Shown here piece after piece: positions 20,199-29,045 of a stretch of 64,000 nt of DNA. Source of the DNA: a virus; IMG/VR virus record IMGVR_UViG_3300030380_006185, positions 32,001 to 96,000 of that record. One strand, given 5' to 3'. Numbering within the stretch: the first letter of the stretch is position 1; every line of letters starts with the position of its first letter. A model generated the notes under the pieces. That model made no database searches. It was given only the letters and a program-made list of their open reading frames with translations, and was not told the origin of the DNA. The position numbers and the translations under genes were made by a program.

Positions 20199-21074
20199 TT
20201 AGAAATTAATATACCCGTTTTCTATATAGAAAATATAATGTTTTTTAAAAATAGCATATAGATTATTAGCTATTTTAGTTATTTTAGGGGTTTTAACATT
20301 AGGTAACATTTCATGTATATAAATGTATAAAGCTTTCTTATTGAATACATCTATAGAATCTCTTTTTCTAAATAATTCTAATATTGAATCCGCTATTTGT
20401 GCGTCAATATTTTTAGGATATAAAGTAAAGATATTATCCGAGATATATTTAACATATTCATCTATAAAATAAGATAATTTATCATTAGGAGATAATTCTA
20501 AAGAATAAGAATGGGTGTCATCTTTTTCTAATTCACCAACAGGAACAGAAGAAACCTTCTTTTTATAATTTTTTTCATTATATAAAATACACCACCTTTT
20601 TACAATAGTTCCAAAATATGAATATGCCTTAGCTGGGGTTATTTTTATTAATTTATTATAACATTCAGGGGATACATTAAGAGTATTAACATATTCTTGT
20701 ATCTCTTGTGGGGAGCATTTTATTTCATTTTCAGGCATGTAATCAATAAAACTTCCACTATATGGTTCATTAAATTCTTTATGTATTATTTTTCTTATCT
20801 TATTATCTGCACTTTTTACAGGGTGAAATAGTTTCATTTTTTCTAAAAGAAATACTTCAATTTCATGTTGTAAATGTTCTAAATTTTCTACTTCTGTATG
20901 GTAAAATTTAAATGTGTGGATAATGTTTTGGGTAAGTTTAAAGAAAGGGTAATGTATTTCTTTTTCATATATTTTACTTCTTTGGTGAGGACAAGAAGTA
21001 CTATTATATAACATAATAGCATTCTCTGTATCCTTAGTAAAGTAATTTTTACTTTTTGCTTTTCGCGGGGCCAT
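20199..21074 (-). CDS. Phage sigma-factor-like protein (T4 gp55-like late sigma)
   Basis: N-terminal KNYFT..TE.AI and KAYSYFGTIVKR resemble the region-2 F(A/S)YFT motif of gp55-family sigmas. Confidence 0.6.
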   Translation of the reverse strand: MAPRKAKSKNYFTKDTENAIMLYNSTSCPHQRSKIYEKEIHYPFFKLTQNIIHTFKFYHTEVENLEHLQHEIEVFLLEKMKLFHPVKSADNKIRKIIHKEFNEPYSGSFIDYMPENEIKCSPQEIQEYVNTLNVSPECYNKLIKITPAKAYSYFGTIVKRWCILYNEKNYKKKVSSVPVGELEKDDTHSYSLELSPNDKLSYFIDEYVKYISDNIFTLYPKNIDAQIADSILELFRKRDSIDVFNKKALYIYIHEMLPNVKTPKITKIANNLYAIFKKHYIFYIENGYINF

Positions 21075-21077
21075 AAT

Positions 21078-21365
21078 TTATTTTATCTTTTTTACTGTAA
21101 ATTCATTTAAAATATCTTGTATTTTTAAAATTGAATCAAATATAACCCCTACATCATCATCTTTTTCAAATATTCTCTTATTATCTACTTCTTTTAATTT
21201 TTTATTAGATATTTCAATTACTCTAGAAAACTTATCTAAATATTCCATGTAACCTAAAAGAATATCTTCTGATTTTTCTTGTTTTTTCATCAAATTGTAA
21301 GTTGTCCATCCTAAAATTACAATTACAACTGAAAGTACACAAACTGTTATTATTAAAGGTATCAT
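21078..21365 (-). CDS. Membrane-anchored hypothetical protein
   Basis: Hydrophobic N-terminal helix. Confidence 0.55.
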   Translation of the reverse strand: MIPLIITVCVLSVVIVILGWTTYNLMKKQEKSEDILLGYMEYLDKFSRVIEISNKKLKEVDNKRIFEKDDDVGVIFDSILKIQDILNEFTVKKIK

Positions 21366-22156
21366 AAGTTGTCTAACATATTTTTCAAACCATCACTTTT
21401 CATCGAACCTAAAGCTTTTGTTTTAGTGGACAATTTTTTAGATGAGTTTGGTGTTGTTCCTAATGTATAATTTTCCTTTAGCTTCTCCACGGACCCTTGT
21501 TCCCCATTTAATTTTGGTAACCATTCACGTTCAAACTCAACACGAGCTGCCATTAAATCAGCTTGATGAATTATAAAAGGTAAGGATGTACGTGGTTTTT
21601 GTTCTGGCATGAATGCAAATAAATATTTTTTATTCGCTTCATCATATAAACCATCATGTGTCTGGATAGCTAACATTTCATTAAATGAATATTGTATACC
21701 ATGTGATTGGAGTAAAAATAATCCTCTATCAGGAACAGATGCAAATGGTACTTTTTTATTAAACATATAATCTTCACCTAACTTATCACGTCTCCATTTA
21801 TCAGTCTGAGGGATATATGATTCATTTTCTTCATCACCCATTTTACCTAAATCATGATTAATAGCAGAGAATACTAATTCTTCAATAGTAAATGTAGATC
21901 TATCCATTTCAAATTCACACCATACATCATAAATTCTAAATGATGCTGCAACAACACGATTTACATGATCTACATACCCTCCTGGAAAAGCATTATGGTA
22001 TTCTTTTTTATGAGCAGCAGGCATTAACATTATACGATCTTCATATTTTTTATAAAAATCTAATAGTTTTTCTTTTCTAGGGGAAGAAATATGTTGTTCA
22101 ATATTGGTTAAAAATATTCCCCAATTTGCTTGGATGTGTTCTGGTTTTAATTTCAT
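21362..22156 (-). CDS. HD-domain phosphohydrolase
   Basis: HNAFPGGYVDH, NHDLGK, THDG, HQAD. Confidence 0.85.
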   Translation of the reverse strand: MKLKPEHIQANWGIFLTNIEQHISSPRKEKLLDFYKKYEDRIMLMPAAHKKEYHNAFPGGYVDHVNRVVAASFRIYDVWCEFEMDRSTFTIEELVFSAINHDLGKMGDEENESYIPQTDKWRRDKLGEDYMFNKKVPFASVPDRGLFLLQSHGIQYSFNEMLAIQTHDGLYDEANKKYLFAFMPEQKPRTSLPFIIHQADLMAARVEFEREWLPKLNGEQGSVEKLKENYTLGTTPNSSKKLSTKTKALGSMKSDGLKNMLDNL

Positions 22157-22171
22157 AACTTTTATTTTAAT

Positions 22172-22339
22172 TTAATTTTCTCTTTCTACTATTGATTCCA
22201 TATCCTGCCTTAATTCAAGTGTTTCATTTAAAAGTTCTCTTGCTTTAGAAACATTGTTTTCACTAAGAGATAATCTAATCTTTTTAAGCATACCCTCTAA
22301 AGTTTGCATGCGTCTCAATAATAATTTTTTATTTTTCAT
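22172..22339 (-). CDS. Small hypothetical protein (55 aa)
   Basis: Hand translation MKNKKLLLRRMQTLEGMLKKIRLSL...IVEREN; fills the gap downstream of a TTG-N20-TACCTTT promoter. Confidence 0.55.
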   Translation of the reverse strand: MKNKKLLLRRMQTLEGMLKKIRLSLSENNVSKARELLNETLELRQDMESIVEREN

Positions 22340-22440
22340 ATTTTATTTAATTATTTTTTTTATTTTTATATTAAACATTTTAAATTTTTATGTTTAAATA
22401 ATCAAATATAAATTAAAGGTAATAAGGATATTTTAGAAAA

Positions 22441-22899
22441 TCAAGTTTTCTTTAAATTTTTTAGAAAAAGATGTTTTTCTGTTAAATCTTGTACTTTTTT
22501 TAATAACCCACATTTTTCGTATTCTTCAATTTCTTCAAAATGTTCAATAGAAAGTTTGATACATTCAACTATTTCTTCATCACAATAGTAATCTATAGCA
22601 CTTATCCAATCCTCATTACCAAAATCTATTTCCTGAACCCAATAATATGCCCTGGAATATAACATATAGTCTCCTATTTCATCCAGCCCAGTATTAAAAT
22701 CATTGTCTAGGTTTGAATTGGTAAAAAATCCCATAAGTTGTTGTTGAAAATTTTGACCATTTACCAACATTTTATAAAACATCCCAAACTTAAAATGTGG
22801 AGATTCTTTAAAACTATCTACTTCTTCTTGTAATTTTTTTACAGAATTGTCGTTATCTTTGTTAAATCCAAATAAACCAAATATTTCGTTTATATTCAT
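22441..22899 (-). CDS. Hypothetical protein with C-terminal UVR-like motif
   Basis: HFEEIEEYEKCGLLKK. Confidence 0.5.
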   Translation of the reverse strand: MNINEIFGLFGFNKDNDNSVKKLQEEVDSFKESPHFKFGMFYKMLVNGQNFQQQLMGFFTNSNLDNDFNTGLDEIGDYMLYSRAYYWVQEIDFGNEDWISAIDYYCDEEIVECIKLSIEHFEEIEEYEKCGLLKKVQDLTEKHLFLKNLKKT

Positions 22900-22921
22900 A
22901 TTTTATGATTAAATAAACGTA

Positions 22922-23170
22922 TTAATTAACAGATCTTAAACGAATTATATCCAATTCTACACTACTAATTTCTCTTTCTATTTTATCTATTTGAGAGATA
23001 ATTTCGTCATATTCTTTAATAGGATTAATAAAATTTTCATTACCAGGGTGGTATCTCCAAATTTCATCTCTAATAAGGTGTATATTTGTTAATGTATTTT
23101 GTAAATTTAATAACTTATCTTGTAAATCATGTAATTCCATTTGGTATGTTTTTTGATAAATATTAATCAT
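22922..23170 (-). CDS. Hypothetical coiled-coil protein
   Basis: ORF track. Confidence 0.5.
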   Translation of the reverse strand: MINIYQKTYQMELHDLQDKLLNLQNTLTNIHLIRDEIWRYHPGNENFINPIKEYDEIISQIDKIEREISSVELDIIRLRSVN

Positions 23171-23615
23171 ATTGTAAACCTATTTCTTTAATAACACTTT
23201 TTGTTTTTTCTATATCAATCTTAAAAAATTCCCTATCATTATTTATACGATATTTTTGTAATTTTTTATGAGTAGCCCGTTCAATTCTTTCACCATTAAA
23301 ACAATTATAAGAAAATACTACTTTATATGGGGTTGGAACACCTGTTGCTTTACTTAACTTATCGGCTCTATCATTTGGGTCACCCTTAGTATATCCTATT
23401 TTTAATATACCTGGCATTGAGGGATTTTCTAGAACATATACTGATTGATCTCCATTCCCTCCATCTATGCTTTGTCTTAATCTATAAGTATAGTATTCTA
23501 TTTTTTCCCAACCATTTTTTTCAACTTTAACCGTAAAATGTGAAGGGGGAAGTGAAGTGCGAGTGCGATCGTAAGGTACAAATTTTTTAGCTTCTTCATT
23601 TGTAATTCTTTTCAT
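23163..23615 (-). CDS. T5orf172/MUG113-type GIY-YIG domain protein
   Basis: VYVLENPSMPGILKIGYT, ATGVPTPY, REFF. Confidence 0.85.
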   Translation of the reverse strand: MKRITNEEAKKFVPYDRTRTSLPPSHFTVKVEKNGWEKIEYYTYRLRQSIDGGNGDQSVYVLENPSMPGILKIGYTKGDPNDRADKLSKATGVPTPYKVVFSYNCFNGERIERATHKKLQKYRINNDREFFKIDIEKTKSVIKEIGLQYD

Positions 23616-23617
23616 TA

Positions 23618-23857
23618 TTAAAATCTTGCATTAGCACTAGAACCTTTATACCATGGTAATCCTTCACGTCTTCTTAAAGCATCTTTATACTCTGGTTCTG
23701 ACATTTTAATACCATTTAAATAATATTCACGTTTTCTCATATTACCTTCTGGGATTAGTGCTGGTCCTTCCCAATTGTGTAGTTTCCCATTAAACATATA
23801 CATTATAGTTCCGTCTGCTGTGGTTAATTTTCTTGATTTGAATTCTTTATTCTCCAT
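23618..23857 (-). CDS. Hypothetical protein with one GxLHxxxGPA (MORN-like) repeat
   Basis: NGKLHNWEGPALI...EYYLNG. Confidence 0.6.
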   Translation of the reverse strand: MENKEFKSRKLTTADGTIMYMFNGKLHNWEGPALIPEGNMRKREYYLNGIKMSEPEYKDALRRREGLPWYKGSSANARF

Positions 23858-24026
23858 CGTTTTTGAAAATTAATGGGTTAATAAATCTTTCTCCTACAAA
23901 ACAACCTGATATAAATGGGAGAACAATAAACCCTGTAAAAAAGTAAGAAACAAATAATCCTATTGCAATTGCTCCAATAATTAAATCTCCTACTCTTTTT
24001 TTATTCATTTTAATTAATTCTAACAT
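23847..24026 (-). CDS. Small two-helix membrane protein (59 aa)
   Basis: Hand translation MLELIKMNKKRVGDLIIGAIAIGLFVSYFFTGFIVLPFISGCFVG...; directly after the promoter at 24040-24083. Confidence 0.5.
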   Translation of the reverse strand: MLELIKMNKKRVGDLIIGAIAIGLFVSYFFTGFIVLPFISGCFVGERFINPLIFKNDGE

Positions 24027-24088
24027 AACTTTTATTTTTTAAATTTATACCTTAGTATACGAAATATCTTTATAATCTCCAAATATTA

Positions 24089-24904
24089 TTATGGAGTTTC
24101 TTCTATTCTATCTGTTTCTAATACATTAGCTGAGGTCATAATGTAACTTGCATTATCAAAACAATTCAATTCAGTCCAATTCCCAGAAAATGACCCACTT
24201 AAACCATTACCTCCCATTTGCCACCATGCTATACCATTTGCAACTTGAGAATGATTATTTAAATCAGTTGGGGTTCCTAAATTATATATTTCATCTATTT
24301 CACTTTGATTCATAGCAACATTCCATATAGAAATATTTTGTAAAGAACCAGAATAATTAGCAGTTCCAGATGGTGTTGTTGCTCCTATTATAACCTCTTG
24401 AGAATTAGTTCCTAATGATGCAAAAGAAGTTGTTAAACTATCTTCCTCAACCCCATTAATATACATTTTTGCTACTTGAGATTCATATGTAACTAATACA
24501 TGATACCAAATATCAGTTGAAGGAATATTGGATGCTTGTAATCTAAATCTAGTATTACTGTTTTTTAAATCAAAACTCATTAAACCAGGTACATTATTAT
24601 CATGATATAGTCCCCATCCATTACCCGAATTTGCACCAAGATTACCACTTGATTTATCTATTATAACTTCATCTGCCGGTGGTTGTAACTCATGAGGTCT
24701 AACCCATGCAGATATAGTAAATAAAGAAGTTAAATCAAAAATAGATTGATCAGGTGTTGAAAAATAAGGTTCAGAAGGATATTCTCTAAATTCAAAAGAA
24801 TATTGATTATTATATGAAGGACTACTCCCAGAAGAAGGTAGTTCAAATGAATTACAAATTCCTGCTCCCTTAAGTTGCGCAGGTGTTAATGTATAAATAG
24901 CCAT
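24089..24904 (-). CDS. LamG/concanavalin-A-like lectin domain protein
   Basis: FTISAWVRP, WYHVLVTY, KMYINGV, YSGSLQNISIWN. Confidence 0.85.
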   Translation of the reverse strand: MAIYTLTPAQLKGAGICNSFELPSSGSSPSYNNQYSFEFREYPSEPYFSTPDQSIFDLTSLFTISAWVRPHELQPPADEVIIDKSSGNLGANSGNGWGLYHDNNVPGLMSFDLKNSNTRFRLQASNIPSTDIWYHVLVTYESQVAKMYINGVEEDSLTTSFASLGTNSQEVIIGATTPSGTANYSGSLQNISIWNVAMNQSEIDEIYNLGTPTDLNNHSQVANGIAWWQMGGNGLSGSFSGNWTELNCFDNASYIMTSANVLETDRIEETP

Positions 24905-24916
24905 ACGTATATATTA

Positions 24917-25204
24917 TTAAGTTGTTATAATTACAGTAAATTCACCAGTTCCCCTAAATTTTACCCCACAAACAGGAACATCAACCGCATTATTAAAGTT
25001 AAAAGATGACGTACCGGGAGGTATAACTTGACTCCATATATAATCAGATTGAACCACATGATCAGGATTAGAATTAACAAAACCATCAAATGAACCCGAT
25101 GCGTATTTACCCGAACTAGAGTCATAAAAACCATTATAATTCCTTACGGTCTCAAAGGTAAAATATGATGAACCTGAAGGATTATGAAATGTATAATTTG
25201 CCAT
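24917..25204 (-). CDS. Hypothetical late/structural protein
   Basis: ORF track; ATATTTATAA upstream. Confidence 0.5.
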   Translation of the reverse strand: MANYTFHNPSGSSYFTFETVRNYNGFYDSSSGKYASGSFDGFVNSNPDHVVQSDYIWSQVIPPGTSSFNFNNAVDVPVCGVKFRGTGEFTVIITT

Positions 25205-25284
25205 GTAATTTTATTATAAATATGTGGGTGAACAAGTAGGTTTTAAGCTGGGTATAATGCAAGGCATATAAATATATACATTAT

Positions 25285-25743
25285 CTATGGTTTCTTTTTT
25301 AAGAGATTCTTTTTGTATATTAACAAGTGGAGATGATAAGAACATAATGTTGAAACAGCGATAACTTCACTCCAAAATAAATTAAAAGGAAGTAATATCA
25401 TTGCTATCCCATAAACTATTATATATCCCCCTAAACGTTGAGTCTCCCATAACGCCTGTAGTGAGAAGAAGAAAAATAATCCCGCAAATATATTATGTAA
25501 TATTCCAAAATCAACTACTGAAAATGATGTTAATAACATTAGGAATATACTTGCTTTTTTCCAATTTTTTATCTCAAATAGCAGATATGCTGTTATTGTG
25601 TTTGAAATGATAAAAAGTGGTTGTAATGGGGTGGTCCAATACTGAGAGATTGAATTTAATTCCCCGTAGGTAATTAACATTATAAACGGAGATATTCCGA
25701 TTAATAATATTGCTAATACCTTTAAGTAAAATTCTTTTCCCAT
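25285..25743 (-). CDS. Multi-pass membrane protein
   Basis: About five hydrophobic segments; SISQYW and LHNIFA (DUF998-like pattern). Confidence 0.55.
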   Translation of the reverse strand: MGKEFYLKVLAILLIGISPFIMLITYGELNSISQYWTTPLQPLFIISNTITAYLLFEIKNWKKASIFLMLLTSFSVVDFGILHNIFAGLFFFFSLQALWETQRLGGYIIVYGIAMILLPFNLFWSEVIAVSTLCSYHLHLLIYKKNLLKKKP

Positions 25744-25949
25744 ATCAATTATAAATATATGTCTGTATATACTTTGTTCGATGAAAAAAAATTTTTATGA
25801 AAAAAAGATTTGGGATACGTGGGAAAACAAAAAATTACCCATTTTGAAAATTATGTTTACATCGTGGGGATATTCGTATATACTAGTCGATATTGGTAGA
25901 TCGTTTACGATTTATGAGTGTGTCTAATCCGGCTTTTTCCACCACATAC

Positions 25950-26040
25950 CCGCGTATTGACAACCGCGCGCGTGGTACGGTATTACCATAGTATTACCAT
26001 ATATATACCATATATATACCGCCGCACGCGGTACGGCATA
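25950..26040. repeat. GC-rich imperfect inverted repeat enclosing 4x TACCATA
   Basis: accgcgcgcg-tggta-cggtat ... ataccg-c-cgcacgcggt arms around tattaccata gtattaccata tatataccata tatatacc. Confidence 0.7.
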
Positions 26041-26058
26041 AAGGGGTACTACCCCCTT
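26041..26058 (-). terminator. Hairpin ending the early-region transcription unit
   Basis: AAGGGG-6nt-CCCCTT, overlapping the stop of the last micro-ORF. Confidence 0.55.
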
Positions 26059-26191
26059 AACACCAATCTATATTCAAACTAAATTTTAAAAACCTAAATA
26101 CAACAAATTGCCATTTTAAATCTACTATTATTGTTGGTATTATGTACCAACTATCGTCTATATCCCAATGCTTTTTTACCTTTACTTTCAT
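26057..26191 (-). CDS. Small hypothetical protein (44 aa)
   Basis: MKVKVKKHWDIDDSWYIIPTIIVDLKWQFVVFRFLKFSLNIDWC; TAA-T-ATG coupling to the upstream ORF. Confidence 0.5.
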   Translation of the reverse strand: MKVKVKKHWDIDDSWYIIPTIIVDLKWQFVVFRFLKFSLNIDWC

Positions 26192-26192
26192 A

Positions 26193-26261
26193 TTACTTAT
26201 TTAAATTTTTAATCATATAACCTAATATTAAACTAAAATATTTATATTTATCCTTTTCCAT
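26193..26261 (-). CDS. Micro-ORF (22 aa)
   Basis: MEKDKYKYFSLILGYMIKNLNK; TAA-T-ATG coupling on both sides. Confidence 0.4.
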   Translation of the reverse strand: MEKDKYKYFSLILGYMIKNLNK

Positions 26262-26262
26262 A

Positions 26263-26352
26263 TTATTTATTTAAATTTTTAAAAAAAATATAACCAAGTA
26301 TACAACTAAAACACATTATAAACACAACCCATATTGCTATACCAACTACCAT
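26263..26352 (-). CDS. Micro-ORF, single TM helix (29 aa)
   Basis: MVVGIAIWVVFIMCFSCILGYIFFKNLNK; TAA-T-ATG coupling on both sides. Confidence 0.45.
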   Translation of the reverse strand: MVVGIAIWVVFIMCFSCILGYIFFKNLNK

Positions 26353-26353
26353 A

Positions 26354-26635
26354 TTACTTAGTTTTAGTTATCCACTTATTATTTACATACTTACCAATTA
26401 CCAAACTACCATCAGCCATTAATCTAACTGTAAGTGTGTACACTCTTTTCTTACCTGTATATTTACTTACATCATTATACCACACCTTAAATGTATCACA
26501 GTTCCAATTGTTCCATACTTGAGCAATATCAAGATTTGGGTATCTAGACAGAACAAACTTTTTGACATCTACATTATTAACCATTACTTTTTCCCTTAAC
26601 ACCATTACATTTTCCATAAATCTCATTTTAATCAT
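26354..26635 (-). CDS. Hypothetical early protein
   Basis: ORF track; follows the promoter copy at 26640-26673. Confidence 0.55.
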   Translation of the reverse strand: MIKMRFMENVMVLREKVMVNNVDVKKFVLSRYPNLDIAQVWNNWNCDTFKVWYNDVSKYTGKKRVYTLTVRLMADGSLVIGKYVNNKWITKTK

Positions 26636-26904
26636 ACCACAATATACGAACCAGCACTCGCTAACCCTCTACCCTTGATATCTTGGCTGAGCATCTGGTT
26701 ACGTAGATCGTAATTTGGATCGTATCCGCACGCTTTGAGTACCATGTACAATGTTTTCCAACGTGTTTCTAGGTGGCGATAATGCTTGCTATCTGTACCA
26801 TATAACTCTTTCCACTCATCTTGTGCTACCCATGATTGCGCCTCTAATTTTTGCATGATTGCTATTGTACCTCTCTTTGTCATATACTTTTGTTTTTTGG
26901 TCAC
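26632..26904 (-). CDS. Hypothetical protein
   Basis: ORF track (start uncertain, possibly ATG at 26883). Confidence 0.5.
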   Translation of the reverse strand: MTKKQKYMTKRGTIAIMQKLEAQSWVAQDEWKELYGTDSKHYRHLETRWKTLYMVLKACGYDPNYDLRNQMLSQDIKGRGLASAGSYIVV

Positions 26905-26907
26905 CTA

Positions 26908-27085
26908 AAGCCCTACACATGGGTTGGTGTAGAGCCGTTGGCGATTGTATAATTAAAAAAGATATGGGTTTTATTTTGATGGCTAAAACCCTTAAACCAA
27001 ATATCTATACTCACCTCGCTGCTCCCCTCTATTTTAAGCAACCCAACCATTTCTTGGTCATTCCTCTCGCCGAGGTGAGTAATAC
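26908..27085 (-). ncRNA. Candidate structured RNA
   Basis: Three stems: ACUCACCUCG/CGAGGUGAGU, GGGUUUUA/UAAAACCC, and GCUCUACAC/GUGUAGGGC (U-G wobble only on the minus strand); loop CAACCCA complementary to UGGGUUG. Confidence 0.5.
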
Positions 27086-27092
27086 CAATTTC

Positions 27093-27296
27093 TTATTTAA
27101 ACCTACCGTACTGTTTTTTCATACCAAGTACTTCTTGTATCTCATCACTACTAATACCACCCTCACTTATAGGTGCATCCAATAGTATCTTCATCATTTG
27201 CATTACGATTGTATACTCACCAGTTTTATTAGCATCATCCAACAATCCTAGTTTCATCTCTTTACTCAATCCCAACAACATTTCTTTTTCAAACAT
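27093..27296 (-). CDS. Hypothetical early protein
   Basis: ORF track; own promoter copy. Confidence 0.6.
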   Translation of the reverse strand: MFEKEMLLGLSKEMKLGLLDDANKTGEYTIVMQMMKILLDAPISEGGISSDEIQEVLGMKKQYGRFK

Positions 27297-27352
27297 ATTT
27301 CTTTTTTTAATTATACTACAATATACGAACTATCTATCTAAACTGGTATTCA

Positions 27353-27649
27353 TTAAATAGGTAAATCATACTCATCAAACCTACCCTCCTCTCTACCAAA
27401 CCCAAAATTACCTTTCTCCTCAACCTCAACATCTTCTTCATAGTCATCATCAAGTACATCAGTACCAACAATAATTTCTTCACCTGTAATAGGGTCTATT
27501 CCTCTTCTTTCAAGTTCTTTCGTTACTAACCAAAATAATTTCTCAAGTGTTGTTCCTCTTTCAGTACCCAACTCACAACTAATTTCTAAATTCAAATGAT
27601 CTAACTCATTTAACAAATCGTCATCACTATAACCACTAAAATCTTTCAT
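27353..27649 (-). CDS. Acidic hypothetical early protein
   Basis: D/E-rich; own promoter copy. Confidence 0.65.
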   Translation of the reverse strand: MKDFSGYSDDDLLNELDHLNLEISCELGTERGTTLEKLFWLVTKELERRGIDPITGEEIIVGTDVLDDDYEEDVEVEEKGNFGFGREEGRFDEYDLPI

Positions 27650-27710
27650 ATTTACCCTTTAAAATTATACTACAATATACAAACTACCTATTTAAACTGG
27701 TATTCCCTAT

Positions 27711-27935
27711 TTATCTATGAAACTTTTTAAACCGAAGTTCTGTTTTATTAATAGTACTGTCTTCTATTTTCTTATCTATAGCTCTGACAGTTCGTCCTAT
27801 TTGTATTATTTCATCCCACTGATCCTCTTGGACTTTAAAAATAATGTTGTGGTATTTTTTTTGTTCTTGTCTTATATAAACTAACAGATGGCAATTCACT
27901 ATGAATGACATAAAAACTATTGTTATTGTTATCAT
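27711..27935 (-). CDS. Membrane-anchored hypothetical protein
   Basis: Hydrophobic N-terminus. Confidence 0.5.
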   Translation of the reverse strand: MITITIVFMSFIVNCHLLVYIRQEQKKYHNIIFKVQEDQWDEIIQIGRTVRAIDKKIEDSTINKTELRFKKFHR

Positions 27936-27953
27936 CTTTTTTCTTTTTTTTAT

Positions 27954-28121
27954 TTATACTTTATTTATTAAATCACTTACTTCTTTTCTAAATCCTTCAT
28001 CCTCCAAATACTTCTTACCATTTGTATACCACCATTCCTGAGATACATAACCAATAATATCATCTACAAATACTAAATTGTAGGACTTATAATAATAACC
28101 TCTTAACATTGTTTCTAACAT
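27954..28121 (-). CDS. Small early protein (55 aa)
   Basis: Hand translation MLETMLRGYYYKSYNLVFVDDIIGYVSQEWWYTNGKKYLEDEGFRKEVSDLINKV; own promoter copy. Confidence 0.55.
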   Translation of the reverse strand: MLETMLRGYYYKSYNLVFVDDIIGYVSQEWWYTNGKKYLEDEGFRKEVSDLINKV

Positions 28122-28235
28122 ACTATCTTTTTTTAATTATACTACAATATACAAACTTAGTATTAATAAGGTTAGTCCTTTTACAAACAAAAAACCATTT
28201 TTCATTATTGAACTAACCTTACTATCTAACTTAAT

Positions 28236-28565
28236 TTATTTATTTACAACTTCATTACTATCTTCAACCTTTACTTTTTTAGGTCGTCCTAATTTTAAAG
28301 TTCCATTTTTTCTTTTTTCTTCTAATTCCTTTAACCTAATTTGTCTTACACTTAAAGGATTCACTTTTCTACCTCTTAACTCAATTCCATTTTCTCTATT
28401 AAACTTTTTTCTTTCAAGTTCCTTTTGTCTAACACTATTTTCATTAACAGGTCGTCCTCTTTTCAACTCACCATTTTTTCTTTTTTCTTCCAATTCTCTC
28501 AACCTAATTTGTCTTTTACTATTCACATTAACAGGTCGTCCTAATTTTACACTTACTTTTTTCAT
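28236..28565 (-). CDS. Basic repeat protein with AT-hook-like GRP motifs
   Basis: About 3.5 copies of GRPVNxNSxRQxxLxxLEEKRKNGxLKx. Confidence 0.7.
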   Translation of the reverse strand: MKKVSVKLGRPVNVNSKRQIRLRELEEKRKNGELKRGRPVNENSVRQKELERKKFNRENGIELRGRKVNPLSVRQIRLKELEEKRKNGTLKLGRPKKVKVEDSNEVVNK

Positions 28566-28638
28566 AACTTTTTTTTATTTATTTTTAATTATACTATAAT
28601 ATACAAATTATTTATTAATTTTAAAATTCCATAATGAT

Positions 28639-28824
28639 TTAAAAATCATCATGTTTCCCACTCCATTTACCAACGTATTTATCATTTTTATCATACACTT
28701 CCAATGTATAAATTTTATCTCCCCAAACATGCATTGGAGGACGTGCACTAACGATTATCCCATAAAAACCTTCCTCAGCTGGGAATCTTAATCCCGCGTC
28801 CTTCTCTAATTTAATTTTATTCAT
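28639..28824 (-). CDS. Hypothetical early protein
   Basis: ORF track; own promoter copy. Confidence 0.6.
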   Translation of the reverse strand: MNKIKLEKDAGLRFPAEEGFYGIIVSARPPMHVWGDKIYTLEVYDKNDKYVGKWSGKHDDF

Positions 28825-28862
28825 TTTATCATTTTTTAATTATACTATAATATACGAATTAT

Positions 28863-29045
28863 TTATTTATTTGCTTCGTCCTGCATTATAACATAATCTA
28901 AAGTTTTATTTATTTGCCCTATATAGTGAAATATATCATCAATTAAATGTATTCCGTGATGATGATCCTCTACCAATTCGTTTAATTTAACTTTAAATTC
29001 TTTTAACTCTTTAATATCGTCCGTAACAAACCTTAATTTATTCAT
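28863..29045 (-). CDS. Hypothetical early protein
   Basis: ORF track; own promoter copy. Confidence 0.6.
   Translation of the reverse strand: MNKLRFVTDDIKELKEFKVKLNELVEDHHHGIHLIDDIFHYIGQINKTLDYVIMQDEANK

Noticed and set aside
26908-27085. Known ribozyme (hammerhead or HDV/theta type)
   Set aside because: No CUGAnGA/GAAA core or recognisable nested double pseudoknot by eye; left as an unclassified structured RNA pending an Infernal search.
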